DNA of 64,000 nucleotides from Verrucomicrobiales bacterium (GTDB lineage Bacteria; Verrucomicrobiota; Verrucomicrobiia; Verrucomicrobiales; V1-33): NCBI GenBank assembly GCA_031411295.1, contig JANOAV010000077.1, positions 15,295 to 79,294 of the forward strand, read 5' to 3'. Shown piece by piece: positions 32,291 to 42,900 of this stretch (position 1 is its first letter; each line of letters starts with the position of its first letter). The notes under the pieces were generated by a model. It saw only the letters and a program-made list of their open reading frames with translations, ran no database searches and was not told where the DNA came from. The position numbers and the translations under genes were made by a program.

Positions 32291-33760
32291 CTACTCGACG
32301 GAAACCACCGTGGATCCTTCCGGGCTGCGGAAACCGGACTTGATAAACCGGGTGATTTCGATGAGGCGATTTTTGGCGGAGGTGGGTCGTGGCCGCACCT
32401 CGATCATCACGCGTTTCAGATGCTGCCGATTGTGGGGGCCCAGCACCGCCAGCACCTCAACCGCGGCGGCGGAATCACGCAGGAGATAACCGTTTCCCAA
32501 CGAGGCTCCCGTATTGGGATCCTGTAGATAGAGGCTGATGTATGCGCTGTGATCGCTGAATTCGTGATTGTAGTAGTCATCCAGGCAGGCGCATACTCGT
32601 TGCAGATAAACCGTATTTGGATCCGCTGTGGCTAACATTTTCGGCCACGCCACCGGGACATAGGCCACACTGGACTCCCATTCAATTTTTGGGCCCTCCG
32701 GCAGGAACTCGACGATGAAATGGTGCTGTAATCCGTCCGGCATTTCCACTTCGACCATGTTATGACGGTGCTTTAACTGCTCGGTGTTGTAGTAATAGGT
32801 GGGAGCCGAGGCGATGACACTAACAGGAGGAAGCGGATGCCCCAGTCGCTCACTTGGGTAGTATTGCTCCAGCAATTTCCCCACGCGAATGGGATCGCGC
32901 ACGAAACGGGCCCTGGTTTGCCAATTATCCGCTACGAGGAAGGCAGTTACGAGCTTCTCCGCGTCGGCTACGGGGTCGAACACGTCCTGCTGGAGCTTGG
33001 TCTCGAGCGTGATCGTCTGCGGCCCGTGATTTATGGGAGCCACGGCTCCACGGAAACGTGTTAGTTGAAACCCACCCAACGCCACGATGGCCACGGCCAC
33101 TCCCAACAGCAACTGATGCATTTTCGGCCAGGGCATGCCGAGAAGCCTGCGCTGCGGCCGGGGGGACGAGCTAAAATGCTCTGGGTGCAACAAGGATTCA
33201 ACTGAGCGCTCGTAGTTGTGAGCCTGCCCCAGCGTATGCAACTGCGGTGCCCGAATGGCCGACGAGCATTGGGGGCAGCGCGCCTTCTGCCCCGCTTGGA
33301 GTAAGGGCAGGGAAATGGAATGATGGCAGGCAGGGCAGGTAAAGGAGATCTGACTGTGATCCGCCCGGGTGGGACGCGCCTCCAACGGCCGCGCCAGTGA
33401 CGCTGCTTGGGTTGGCCGCAAACGATGCCTCCAGCGCGCTGGCTGGCTGCGCGCTGACCCACTTGGTGATTCTGGCATCTCGATCGGACCGGACGACGAC
33501 GAGAAGGTCTGGCTGCCGCCGGACGCCGCCCCCCAAGCACTGCCTTCACTGGGAGCGATCAAACGAACATCCGAAACCACTGGGGTCGCAGCTTGGGGCC
33601 TCATTTTCGGCTGGCGTGGAGCAGGCAAGACAACGGCAGGAGTTGAGGCGCCAACTTTCGTGGATACATCCGCCGCAGGGGTGCCCGCCTTCAGTTCATC
33701 CTGGATCGCCTCAATCTTAGGCGGAGGTCTGAGGGGTTTTTCCTGCTTGGTGGGCTTCAT
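32291..33760 (-). CDS. Hypothetical membrane protein with Zn-ribbon
   Basis: Low-complexity N-terminus; CPAC...CPQC; single TM; KIEWESSV. Confidence 0.75.
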   Translation of the reverse strand: MKPTKQEKPLRPPPKIEAIQDELKAGTPAADVSTKVGASTPAVVLPAPRQPKMRPQAATPVVSDVRLIAPSEGSAWGAASGGSQTFSSSSGPIEMPESPSGSARSQPARWRHRLRPTQAASLARPLEARPTRADHSQISFTCPACHHSISLPLLQAGQKARCPQCSSAIRAPQLHTLGQAHNYERSVESLLHPEHFSSSPRPQRRLLGMPWPKMHQLLLGVAVAIVALGGFQLTRFRGAVAPINHGPQTITLETKLQQDVFDPVADAEKLVTAFLVADNWQTRARFVRDPIRVGKLLEQYYPSERLGHPLPPVSVIASAPTYYYNTEQLKHRHNMVEVEMPDGLQHHFIVEFLPEGPKIEWESSVAYVPVAWPKMLATADPNTVYLQRVCACLDDYYNHEFSDHSAYISLYLQDPNTGASLGNGYLLRDSAAAVEVLAVLGPHNRQHLKRVMIEVRPRPTSAKNRLIEITRFIKSGFRSPEGSTVVSVE

Positions 33761-33783
33761 GCGAGGCTCAGGAAGACCGGTTA

Positions 33784-34428
33784 TCACCGACGCCGACGCA
33801 CCACTAATCCCAGTAAACTGCCGAGGCCCAGCAGGGCGGTTCCGGGCTCTGGAATAATCGAGGGCGTGAAGGTATAGACCACGGCCCATTGCGTAGTAGA
33901 ACTTCCGGGGGCAATCCGACTGGCATAGTCGCCCGTGCCGGCCACCTGCCAGGGTTGGGTTTCCATGACGTTGACTCCCAAACTTCCATTACCTATATAC
34001 GCTGCCAACGCCGAGGTGGCGGCCACACTGTTGGAGTTGCTCTCCGTCACTACCCCAAAGTTCTGGTAATCCACTCCGGTGTAATCAGGGCCAGCCACTT
34101 CATCATCGGCACCGTAAGTTGCGGCCAGACTCCGGTTGAGCACCACACTGGTGTTCAAACCACTAAAGGTGCCTGCAATCGAGCAGGAGAGATTGGCGGC
34201 CGCCGGCCCGGCCATGGGGTTTTCGCTTTCAATCTCGACCAGCGCACTCGCAGTCGTGACCAAGTTGAAGGTCACTGATTCCAAGACTCCAATCGCAGGA
34301 TTGAATTTCGGCACACTACTGGTGGCGTTCTGGGTGTTCACGAAGCTTCCCTCGTAACTAATCGAAGCGGCCAGGGCTGACGCACTGGAAATCCCGAAGA
34401 GGAGGCTGATTAATTGGGCTGCTTTCAT
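33784..34428 (-). CDS. PEP-CTERM protein (choice-of-anchor E-like)
   Basis: Signal peptide; PKFNPAIGVLESVTF; C-terminal IPEPGTALLGLGSLLGLVVRRRR. Confidence 0.93.
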   Translation of the reverse strand: MKAAQLISLLFGISSASALAASISYEGSFVNTQNATSSVPKFNPAIGVLESVTFNLVTTASALVEIESENPMAGPAAANLSCSIAGTFSGLNTSVVLNRSLAATYGADDEVAGPDYTGVDYQNFGVVTESNSNSVAATSALAAYIGNGSLGVNVMETQPWQVAGTGDYASRIAPGSSTTQWAVVYTFTPSIIPEPGTALLGLGSLLGLVVRRRR

Positions 34429-34441
34429 GATCTGATGGGGG

Positions 34442-37400
34442 TTACGGTGCCTTGTCGACGCGGATTCGGTAGAAACGCTCTGACGGAGCATCCGTGCGCG
34501 GATCTGCGATGCTGCCGGGAGCGGTGATTTCGTAGGTCGATTGCGAGATCGTGTCCCAATGTAGCAGATCCTGGCTAGATTCAAGGAAATAAACTACGCC
34601 CGGCTGCACGCGATTAATCCACAGGGTGCCGTCATTGGGCTTGATGCTGACGATATCGATGCGGAGGGAGGATTTGCTATCGTTGGGATCATTACCAACG
34701 ATCAGCTCGAAGTTGTTGTTTTGTCCATCGCCATCGGGATCACTCGTGCCGTCGAAGGCGAGCGAGGCAAAGGCCTGCATCTCCCATGCGTCGGGCAGTA
34801 AGTCCGCGTCGCTGTCCGCTTGAATCGTCAGCGTGACGGTGGCTGGCGCACTGGCGGCAAGCCCGTCGTTGGCGGTGTAGGTAAAACTATCAGGGCCGTT
34901 GTAATTGGCCGCTGGAGTGTAGATCACATTGGGCAGGGTGCCGCTAATCGTCCCATGCGCTGGTGGCGTCACGATGGTGTAGGTGGGATCCGCATCATGG
35001 GGCGCAGGCCCATTGTTCGGCGGAACGATTCCGTAGGAGTTATTAGGATCAAACCCGCCCACTAAATCCTGATCTGCGGAACGCAATTGGATCGTGACGG
35101 GCACGTCTTCCAAGGTAGTTTTGGCCAACGGTGTGGCCACCGGAGCATCATTGACCGCCCAGACCACGATGACCACGGTCTCGGGTTCGGACTGGGCACC
35201 GAGGCTGTCCACCGCACGATAGGTGAATCCATCAATGCCATGGAAATTCGGTCTTGGGGAGTAGGTGAACGTGCCGTCTGAGTTCAAACTGAAGGCACTG
35301 GCGTGGGCTGGGGCGGAAACCAGACTGGCAGTGAGCGGATTATTATTTTCGCCCGGGCCGCCTTCGTTGAGATCACTGTCATTTTTCAGAATGCGTTTGG
35401 CATAAGCTACCGCCAAGCTTTCATCTTCATTGACAGAGAGCAGGTCGAAGTTTGTTTCTGGCGCATCGTTCACGGAATTGATGGTGATGGAAATGGTGCT
35501 TGGAGCAGAACTGGCAGTGCCGTCCGAGGCCGCAAAACTGAACGCATCGGTGCCATGGAAATTCATGCTGGGAGTATAGGTCACATTGGGCGGAGCGCCA
35601 CTCACGGTCCCATTCGTTGGTGGCGAGGTAACGGTAAATGTTAGCGCATCTCCATCGATATCATTGCCCGTCAGGGTGATCACCTTCGGCGTGTCTTCGT
35701 TGGTGCTGACGGTCTGCGCCACCACGGTGGGAGCGTCATTCTGCGGCAACACATTGATGGTAACGGTCCCGGGATCCGAGATCAGGAAGCCATCGCTGGC
35801 ACGATAGGTGAAACTATCCGGTCCGTTGTAGTTGGCGGCCGGAGTGTAGGTGATATTTGGCCGCAGGCCACTGAGGGTGCCGTGCGCTGGCGGGGTGACA
35901 ATGGAGAAGGAAATCGCAAAGCCGTTCGGGCTGCTGCCTGCGAGCGTAATCGCCTGGGGAGTATCTTCGTTGGTCGTAATATTCAACGGAGTGACGGCCG
36001 GGTTGTTGCCCACCAGAATGGTAATGGTGGCGGGCAGGGAATCAGCCAAACCATCATTCGCCTTGTAAACGATGGTATCCGGTCCAGCAAACCCCGGCGT
36101 GGGGGTATAGACCAAATTGGGGATGGTGCCGCTCAGGGAGCCGTGACTGGGACCGGAAACAATGCTGAACGTGAGCACTTGCTGATTTGCGTCCGTGCCA
36201 GTTAGGTTGATGGCGGAGGTGGCACCGATCGCGTTTAAGAGGGAACTGGATGGCACCACCGGAAGGGCGTTTTGCACGTTCATCGTGACGGTAGCGGGCA
36301 GGGAATCGATGGTGCCATCATTCGCCACAAACGTTAACTGCACACTGCCGACGAAACCCGCAGATGGGGTATAAATCAGCAGCGGCGGCACGCCGGAAAG
36401 CGTGCCGGAGGCGGGCGGGGTCACCACGCGGTAGGTCAACGGATCATTATCCACATCCGCCGCGCTGAGCGGAATGAACAAAGACGGTGGTTGGGCGGAG
36501 GAGGTGAAGCCCTGCGCCACGGGACGACGGTTGACGTTGATATCGAATTGATGAACCGTGGGATTCCCCACCGCATCCGTGGCGGTGCAGGTGACTTGGG
36601 TGATTCCTCCCGGGAATAGCGATCCACTCGGCGGCACGCAAACCACATTGGCCGAGCCCGAAACCGCATCCAGGGCCACCGCATCGAACGTGACCACCGT
36701 GCCGTTGACTCCGGCCAGTTGCACCGTGCGGGTGGCGGGAGCGGTCGTGAAGACCGGGCCGGTGCCGTCGGCTTGGATGGTGAACGTGCGTGTGGGCGCA
36801 GGATCCCACGAGCCATCCCCGGGCTGGGCCACTTCCACCACCACCGGTCCTTCACCCGTGAAAATCAGGGACGTGCCGTTGGGAGACAACGTGGCCGGAC
36901 CAGAAATAATGGACAAGACCGCAGGCAGGAAGCTGCTGGAACTGGCAGCCAACGGCACGCTCTGGCGGACCGAATTAGGCAGCGTGGCTACAGTCTGGGC
37001 AGAACGCAGAGGCAAACGCGGAGCAGGTGGCACGGCTGCCGCGCCCGTGATTTCGGGTGGCAGGGCGAGCTGTTCATTGTCATTCGTCCCCCAAGTCCAC
37101 AGCGATTCATTGCGCACCGCTAGCACGCAGGCAGCACCTACGGCCACAGAGTTCCAAGGCCCCAGCATGGTGCGCACCGGCAGCAGTCGGTCCAAGGTCG
37201 TGAGATCACCCAATTGACCGGCGGAATTATCCCCCCAGGCCCACATCCACGTGTCATTCTTGCGGGCGATCACGCAACTGGCACCGCACGAAGCAGCCGC
37301 CCAATCCGTATCCGTGCCGACTTGCTGCGGCACGTTCGATTGCACGCGGGTATCATTTCCCAACTGTCCACTATCGTTATTGCCCCAGGTCCAAAGCGTG

Positions 37401-38533
37401 CCATCACTGCGGCGGCCGAGACTGAAGGAATATCCGGCCCCCACTCCTGCCCAATTGCTGGCCGTGCCGATGCGCGTGGGCGCCAGGCGGCGGGTGGTGG
37501 TGTTATCGCCTAACTGACCGGAAACATTTCCGCCCCAGGCCCAGAGGGAACCGCCGGCGCGACGACCGACGGTATGCGCGGCTCCGCAACTGATCTCCAC
37601 CCAATCTTGCGCGGTGCCGATTTTCACGGGAGCCGTGCGATCTCCGATGGTGCCATCGCCTAACTGACCCTGGGAATTGCTGCCCCAGGCGTAGAGTGTG
37701 CCATCCGTCCGCCAGGCCAGGGTATGGTTGGCCCCACAACTCACCCCGGCCCAAGTGTTGAGGGTGCCCACTTGCGTGGGGAAACTTTTGTCGAGGGTAT
37801 TCCCGATGCCCAATTGGCCGTTGGTATTTGCGCCCCAGGCCCAGAGCGTGCCGTCCGCCCGCAAGGCCAAGCTGTGGCCGCTGCCACAGGCGATGTTGGA
37901 CCAGAGCGCGGTGCCGGGAATGGTGATTTTCTGGGGCGTGGCCCGGTCATCAGTGGTCCCGTCACCCAGTTGTCCTTGATAGTTCCGACCCCAACTCCAG
38001 ATCTGACCATCCGCCCGAATGCCCAGGACGTGGGCTTCCCCAGCGGCCATCTTTAAGAAGCCGCCGCCGATTTCGACGACGAAGGTTTCATAGTTGTCCG
38101 GGGAGGGATCATACGTAGCATTGCCGGGTTGACGTCCGCGCAAGGTCACAGCTCCGCTGCCACCCGTCAAGGTGACGGTGTTTCCAGCCACAGTGGCTGG
38201 TCCAGTGAGAGATTCCCAAGTGATGGTTAATCCGCTGGAGGCCACCGCAGGCAGGGTAAAGGGGGCTGCGTCCGGGGTCTTAACGACGATGTTCGCCACG
38301 GGGATGGACTGCGGCAGGCCAGCGAATGCCGTGGTGGAAAAGGCAACGCACAGCAGCAGAATGAGTGCATGCAACATCCGTTGGAGTTCGGCTTTTAGGC
38401 CGATTGGAATATGCGGACGCGCGTCAGAAATCATGCTAGAGGCAAATTCCAAGCGTGTTGCTATCGGCCTCAAGGCCGAACTCCAGCGGATGTTCCTAAG
38501 GGTTGGGAGAAGGAGACGAAAGGATTTGCTCAT
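34442..38533 (-). CDS. Secreted adhesin-like protein: RCC1 propeller + HYR + tandem Ig/cadherin-like repeats + DxDxDG C-terminal domain
   Basis: About seven W.WG.N..GQLG repeats; PSGSLFPGGITQVTCTATD (HYR); repeated NDAP..YTP...GPDSFTY; ends ERFYRIRV. Confidence 0.92.
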   Translation of the reverse strand: MSKSFRLLLPTLRNIRWSSALRPIATRLEFASSMISDARPHIPIGLKAELQRMLHALILLLCVAFSTTAFAGLPQSIPVANIVVKTPDAAPFTLPAVASSGLTITWESLTGPATVAGNTVTLTGGSGAVTLRGRQPGNATYDPSPDNYETFVVEIGGGFLKMAAGEAHVLGIRADGQIWSWGRNYQGQLGDGTTDDRATPQKITIPGTALWSNIACGSGHSLALRADGTLWAWGANTNGQLGIGNTLDKSFPTQVGTLNTWAGVSCGANHTLAWRTDGTLYAWGSNSQGQLGDGTIGDRTAPVKIGTAQDWVEISCGAAHTVGRRAGGSLWAWGGNVSGQLGDNTTTRRLAPTRIGTASNWAGVGAGYSFSLGRRSDGTLWTWGNNDSGQLGNDTRVQSNVPQQVGTDTDWAAASCGASCVIARKNDTWMWAWGDNSAGQLGDLTTLDRLLPVRTMLGPWNSVAVGAACVLAVRNESLWTWGTNDNEQLALPPEITGAAAVPPAPRLPLRSAQTVATLPNSVRQSVPLAASSSSFLPAVLSIISGPATLSPNGTSLIFTGEGPVVVEVAQPGDGSWDPAPTRTFTIQADGTGPVFTTAPATRTVQLAGVNGTVVTFDAVALDAVSGSANVVCVPPSGSLFPGGITQVTCTATDAVGNPTVHQFDINVNRRPVAQGFTSSAQPPSLFIPLSAADVDNDPLTYRVVTPPASGTLSGVPPLLIYTPSAGFVGSVQLTFVANDGTIDSLPATVTMNVQNALPVVPSSSLLNAIGATSAINLTGTDANQQVLTFSIVSGPSHGSLSGTIPNLVYTPTPGFAGPDTIVYKANDGLADSLPATITILVGNNPAVTPLNITTNEDTPQAITLAGSSPNGFAISFSIVTPPAHGTLSGLRPNITYTPAANYNGPDSFTYRASDGFLISDPGTVTINVLPQNDAPTVVAQTVSTNEDTPKVITLTGNDIDGDALTFTVTSPPTNGTVSGAPPNVTYTPSMNFHGTDAFSFAASDGTASSAPSTISITINSVNDAPETNFDLLSVNEDESLAVAYAKRILKNDSDLNEGGPGENNNPLTASLVSAPAHASAFSLNSDGTFTYSPRPNFHGIDGFTYRAVDSLGAQSEPETVVIVVWAVNDAPVATPLAKTTLEDVPVTIQLRSADQDLVGGFDPNNSYGIVPPNNGPAPHDADPTYTIVTPPAHGTISGTLPNVIYTPAANYNGPDSFTYTANDGLAASAPATVTLTIQADSDADLLPDAWEMQAFASLAFDGTSDPDGDGQNNNFELIVGNDPNDSKSSLRIDIVSIKPNDGTLWINRVQPGVVYFLESSQDLLHWDTISQSTYEITAPGSIADPRTDAPSERFYRIRVDKAP
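38373..38494. repeat. REP-like inverted doublet inside the 5' end of the RCC1 gene
   Basis: 32-bp arms aacatccgttggagttcggcttttaggccgat / atcggcctcaaggccgaactccagcggatgtt (3 mismatches). Confidence 0.85.
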
Positions 38534-39147
38534 TGTCCGGCCACCTCCGAGGCCTTGTTGGGAAAGAATTCTTGTTTCACGATCTTACCATGATCCTGCT
38601 CGACGCGGGACTTTGGGCCGCCTTCAGGATACCACGCTTCGCACGTTCCGTTTGGTTGGCCGTGATCCATGGACATGCGAATGGACATCTGCCCGTTCTC
38701 GTGCCACTCGGTGTAGGCGCCATGCAGTTCTCCTTTAACGATGGTGGTCTCACTTTTCAGTTTGCCGTTGGCATACCAACGTTTGCGAACGCCGTCTGAT
38801 TTGCCATCAACGAAGGTTTCTTCGACTTCGAGTTGACCGTTGTCGTGCCAACCGCGGGCCAATCCGTTGATGATCCCAGCTTGCACCGGGATCTCGCTGA
38901 GGCGTTGTCCGCCTTGGGCTTGGTTAAACATCACGCCCGTGTAGGGGCGGTCCGTTCCGCTGAGAATGAGCTTGCCATCCGTGAGCGTGAGGTCAGAGCG
39001 ACGCAGCTCACCGGGCATCACCACAGTGGGCCGTGACCAGTGCCAGATGCCGGCACCAATGACGCAGGCAAGGGCAACTGCCACCAGACTGCGTCGCAGA
39101 TATTTTTTATTCAGCATAGAGGCGGAAGTAGAGGTTGGTTCTGCCAT
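38530..39147 (-). CDS. Membrane-anchored MORN-variant repeat protein (YwqK-like)
   Basis: N-terminal TM; repeats G...WHDNGQ, WYANGK, WHENGQ, WYPEG. Start could be 39117. Confidence 0.88.
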   Translation of the reverse strand: MAEPTSTSASMLNKKYLRRSLVAVALACVIGAGIWHWSRPTVVMPGELRRSDLTLTDGKLILSGTDRPYTGVMFNQAQGGQRLSEIPVQAGIINGLARGWHDNGQLEVEETFVDGKSDGVRKRWYANGKLKSETTIVKGELHGAYTEWHENGQMSIRMSMDHGQPNGTCEAWYPEGGPKSRVEQDHGKIVKQEFFPNKASEVAGQ

Positions 39148-39931
39148 TTACCGGAACGAAGACTTCCTGAGGAGTGGTGTCAGTCGCCCGCAAATAGCCT
39201 TGCGGGGCGGCCGTGCTCGTCACTGCGATGGGTTCATCCGTCCAATCCTTCAAATTGGGCGAAGATTTCACCCGATAGGTCCGACCGGCTACCGTGGTGA
39301 ATTCCAGGCAGGCCTTGCCGCCTTTGAGTTCCTTCACGTTCAGCGTCAAGCCATCCAACCGATCCAGGGCGTAGGTGCCGAGCTGATACTCCTGCAGATT
39401 GGTCAAGCCATCTTTATCCAGATCGTCGCCCGGACGCACACTGGAGAGATCCGTGAGCAATCCAGTGGTATCATTGTCCATGAGCCCCTGCTCCCAACTG
39501 TCCGGGAGCCCGTCTCCATCCGAGTCCACGCCCAGCGTGAGGTCGATGCGAACGCGCGCCCCTGGCTTGCCCGCAGTCCACGTCTTGCCGCTCATTTGAA
39601 TGGGGACGTAGCTGGTGGTGCCAATGACCACGCGCATGGTGAAGGGCATGGTCGGCCGCAGTGCGGTGGGTTGGAAGAGTTGACTGGTGGTATTGGAATC
39701 CATCGGCAGGTGCACCGTGTAATTGATGCCCGCACCGCGTCTGGTATCGATGGGGGACCGCGTGATTTCTCCAGCGGTTCCACTGACAATGACCACGCCG
39801 TCTCCCGTATCCAACGGACGCCCACTCTCATCCCGCACCGTGCCGTAGCACGAGTAATCTGGGGCGGCCGGGAAGGCCAGCGCAGAGCCTGCTGCCAGGA
39901 GCAGGGGAAATAGAAATTGATAGGTCTTCAT
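39107..39931 (-). CDS. Secreted hypothetical protein with Ca-binding DxDxDG (TSP3-like) motifs
   Basis: Signal peptide; YGTVRDESG; DSDGDGLPDSWE; DLDKDGLTNLQEY; ends LYFRLYAE. Confidence 0.85.
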   Translation of the reverse strand: MKTYQFLFPLLLAAGSALAFPAAPDYSCYGTVRDESGRPLDTGDGVVIVSGTAGEITRSPIDTRRGAGINYTVHLPMDSNTTSQLFQPTALRPTMPFTMRVVIGTTSYVPIQMSGKTWTAGKPGARVRIDLTLGVDSDGDGLPDSWEQGLMDNDTTGLLTDLSSVRPGDDLDKDGLTNLQEYQLGTYALDRLDGLTLNVKELKGGKACLEFTTVAGRTYRVKSSPNLKDWTDEPIAVTSTAAPQGYLRATDTTPQEVFVPVNGRTNLYFRLYAE

Positions 39932-39932
39932 A

Positions 39933-42900
39933 TTAGTTACCAGAGTAGGAATAGGTTTCGAGATAGAGTTTGATGTCTTTGACCGTTGCTTCAAAGATCT
40001 GCATCCCTTTCACTGGGTCAGCCAGCAGGGTGTTGGCAGGGATGACGATCTTCCAGCGGCTGTTCCAAGCGGAACGGCCAATGAGGCGGGAGTTGGTGAA
40101 GCCTGGGGAGGAACTGAAGACCGTTCCATCCGGCACCGCCCGGAAGGCTTGGTGCTTGCGAATGGTAAACGTTTCACTCAGCGACTGACCGGGCGTGAAG
40201 ATGTTGGTTCCAATGTCGGCTCCTCCGATGTCGAACGGCAGCGCGATGGCTTGGTCTTCCACCTGCCAAGTGCGGACGACGCTGGAGTCACCCAGCGCTG
40301 GTGAGCGCATGGAGTCTTCGCCTGCAGCAATGAGATACACATAAGGCGTGGCGCTCAGGGCGTTGGGATCGAGGAAACCAGTGTTCGGATCGGTCGGAGT
40401 GCCGCCACCGCCACTGACAACCGCTCCACCAATGCTGGTGGGAGTCGCCATGCCGACGTAGCCCTTGAAGGCAATGCCGTTGGAGCGAATTTTCGTGGCG
40501 AAGGAGGTTGGGGTAAACGTGCTGTCGCCACCAGCCAAAGGCTGGCCAAAGAAGTTGAAGCCCGTGGCAATCGTGGTGGAGAACGGAATCACATAGCCGG
40601 GCACACTCAGCGCACCGTTGCTGTTCACCTGCATACAATAGCGACGGACGTCGTCGTCATCCAGAATGTTGGACATCCGTGAGGCGGCCAGTTTGTCGGA
40701 CCACAAGGTGTCACCCGCCGTGCCGGGCACGATGCGTTCGTTTTCCTGACGCAGCGAGAACAACGTCCGGTAGCGGTCGGGGTTGTTAAATCCTAACCGG
40801 CTCTTGACCACGGACCAATCCGAATTCATGCGTGCTAGCGCGCCAGATAATCCTGGATCACCACCTTGGCTGCCCGCATTCTGCGGTTGGCCATTGGCGA
40901 CTACTCCGAGCGCACGAGCCTGCACGATCTTCTGGAAGAAATCGTTGGCGCGGGAGCCACCAGCAGCATTGGCCAGACCCGTTTCGTAGTCGTAAGCCCG
41001 CGCTGCGAGGAAGGTGTAACGAGCGGACAAATCAAACAGTGACTTGTAGCTTTCCAGCGCTTCGTTGCGGAAGGCCCGGAAACCGAAGTCCTTGGTGCGG
41101 TAACCTTGGATTAACGCAGCCGCTTTCTGGCGCACGATTTCCCGTTCGCTCACAATGCGCTGCGCGTCGTAGGTGGCGGCACGTAGTTTGCGTTTGGCGT
41201 CATCGTAAGCGCGTAAAGCCTGGTCGATCACGCGGGTGCCATCTTCCAAGTCCTCCCACCCTGCTTTCAGATCCGTCATCATTTGTTTGTTTTCTGCGGT
41301 CCAAGCAATGTCGGAGGCTTCGATCGCACGAGTGCGCTCCAGATTGGAGATCGTGAGATTGAGCGCTCTCATAAGCACATTAATCACTTCTTTAGCGCCA
41401 AAAGCGAAGGCCTTGGGGACCTCCTTGGATGCTTCCGCCGCCCCACGCGCAGCAGAAGTGGCGTCCGTCGCCAACCCCACTACCGTAGGCAAGGACTCCT
41501 TAATCGCTTCAATAATGTCCTCTGCTCCAAGCTCAACTGCATCAATGCCGTCAACGAGGGTCTCTCCGACCCCGATCAGGACCTCGAAGGAACCGATGAG
41601 TGCAGCATTAGTCACTTCCAAGTCGCGATTGTCGTCATGAGCAAACTGAACTGCCTTATAGTTCCGGATGAGACGACGTGCTTGAAGTCCAAACTCCGCA
41701 TAATCCTCCACCGCGTTGTGGAGGTGGAGCCGAGCCATTAACACTTCGGAGATCGCATCCTGGATGCGGCCGGGGCGGGCACGTCGCGTGAAGTTGTCGG
41801 GTTTTTTGAAGTTCCCGGTGCTGTCCACGGTGTAAACCAGGGGCTCACCCAAGCCATCATCGGGCAAAGGATTCAGTTCCCAGACGTCTTTGCCATCCTT
41901 TTTGACCTTGCGCTGATCTTCTGCTTTCCAACGAGCATCGTCGATATTAGCCATGTTCCAATCCGTGCCGTTTTGCACCGTGAAGGTGCGATCCCCTTCC
42001 TCCTCGTCGGGCTGATTTTTGAAGAGTTCGGGGATGTCGGCATACATGAAGTGATAGTAATCCGGACCTTCGTAGCCTTGGGCGTAGGTTTTGCCGGGTC
42101 CCACATCTTCGCCATAAGGCGTGCCATACAGGTCGATCAACTGCGCGGTGAACGCGCGTTCTTGCGCATTAATGGCATCCCTTGCCTTGGCCAGGCTTTC
42201 ATCCTGACTGCGGATTAGCTGAGTGGTGGTCTTGGCGTTATTGAACGCAGCTACGGCGTTGCGGAGAGCATCCACCGCCCGCTCATAGATTTGTTCAAAG
42301 TGCGTTTTGCCCGCATCCACCTGAGTTGGTGAAATATCGAAGGGCAGAGCCCCACCAGAGATCCCCAGCGGGTTCAGACGGGCATCCGCAGCGTCCAAGC
42401 TCTGTTGGATCGCTTTGGATTGGACCACGATTTCCGCCAGTTCTGGCACCGTGGTGCGATCAATCTTTTGAATCCCTTCGTGATTCGGATTGGGATCCAC
42501 ATCCGGCAACGTAGAGTTGGCGGTGACCCAGTGCAGGAAGCTGCCCTGGCCGCCACGGGTGGCCCAGTCATCGACGCCCCAGTTGCGGGTGCGGCCGGTT
42601 TGGGAGTTCACCCGGCCATCTTTTAAATGCGTCCAAGTAGCCACGGTGGCCGCGGCCGGATTGAAGGCTTGGCGGTAGGTCAGATCCAGCGTTTGCGAGG
42701 TGGTGCGGGCCAAGGCGGCAGCAGCAGTCGCAAACTTGCGTTCATCCAAGTAGTCCACAGCAACAGGCTTTCCGAGCAGCAACACTGCTTCGCTGCGTGG
42801 CATCCAATCAAAGTAGGAGTTACGCAAGAGCGAGTAATAGTTGGTCATGGCCGTGAGGTAGTGGCCATAGGCATCGCCATGCCCTTGGGGGTAGGCAATG

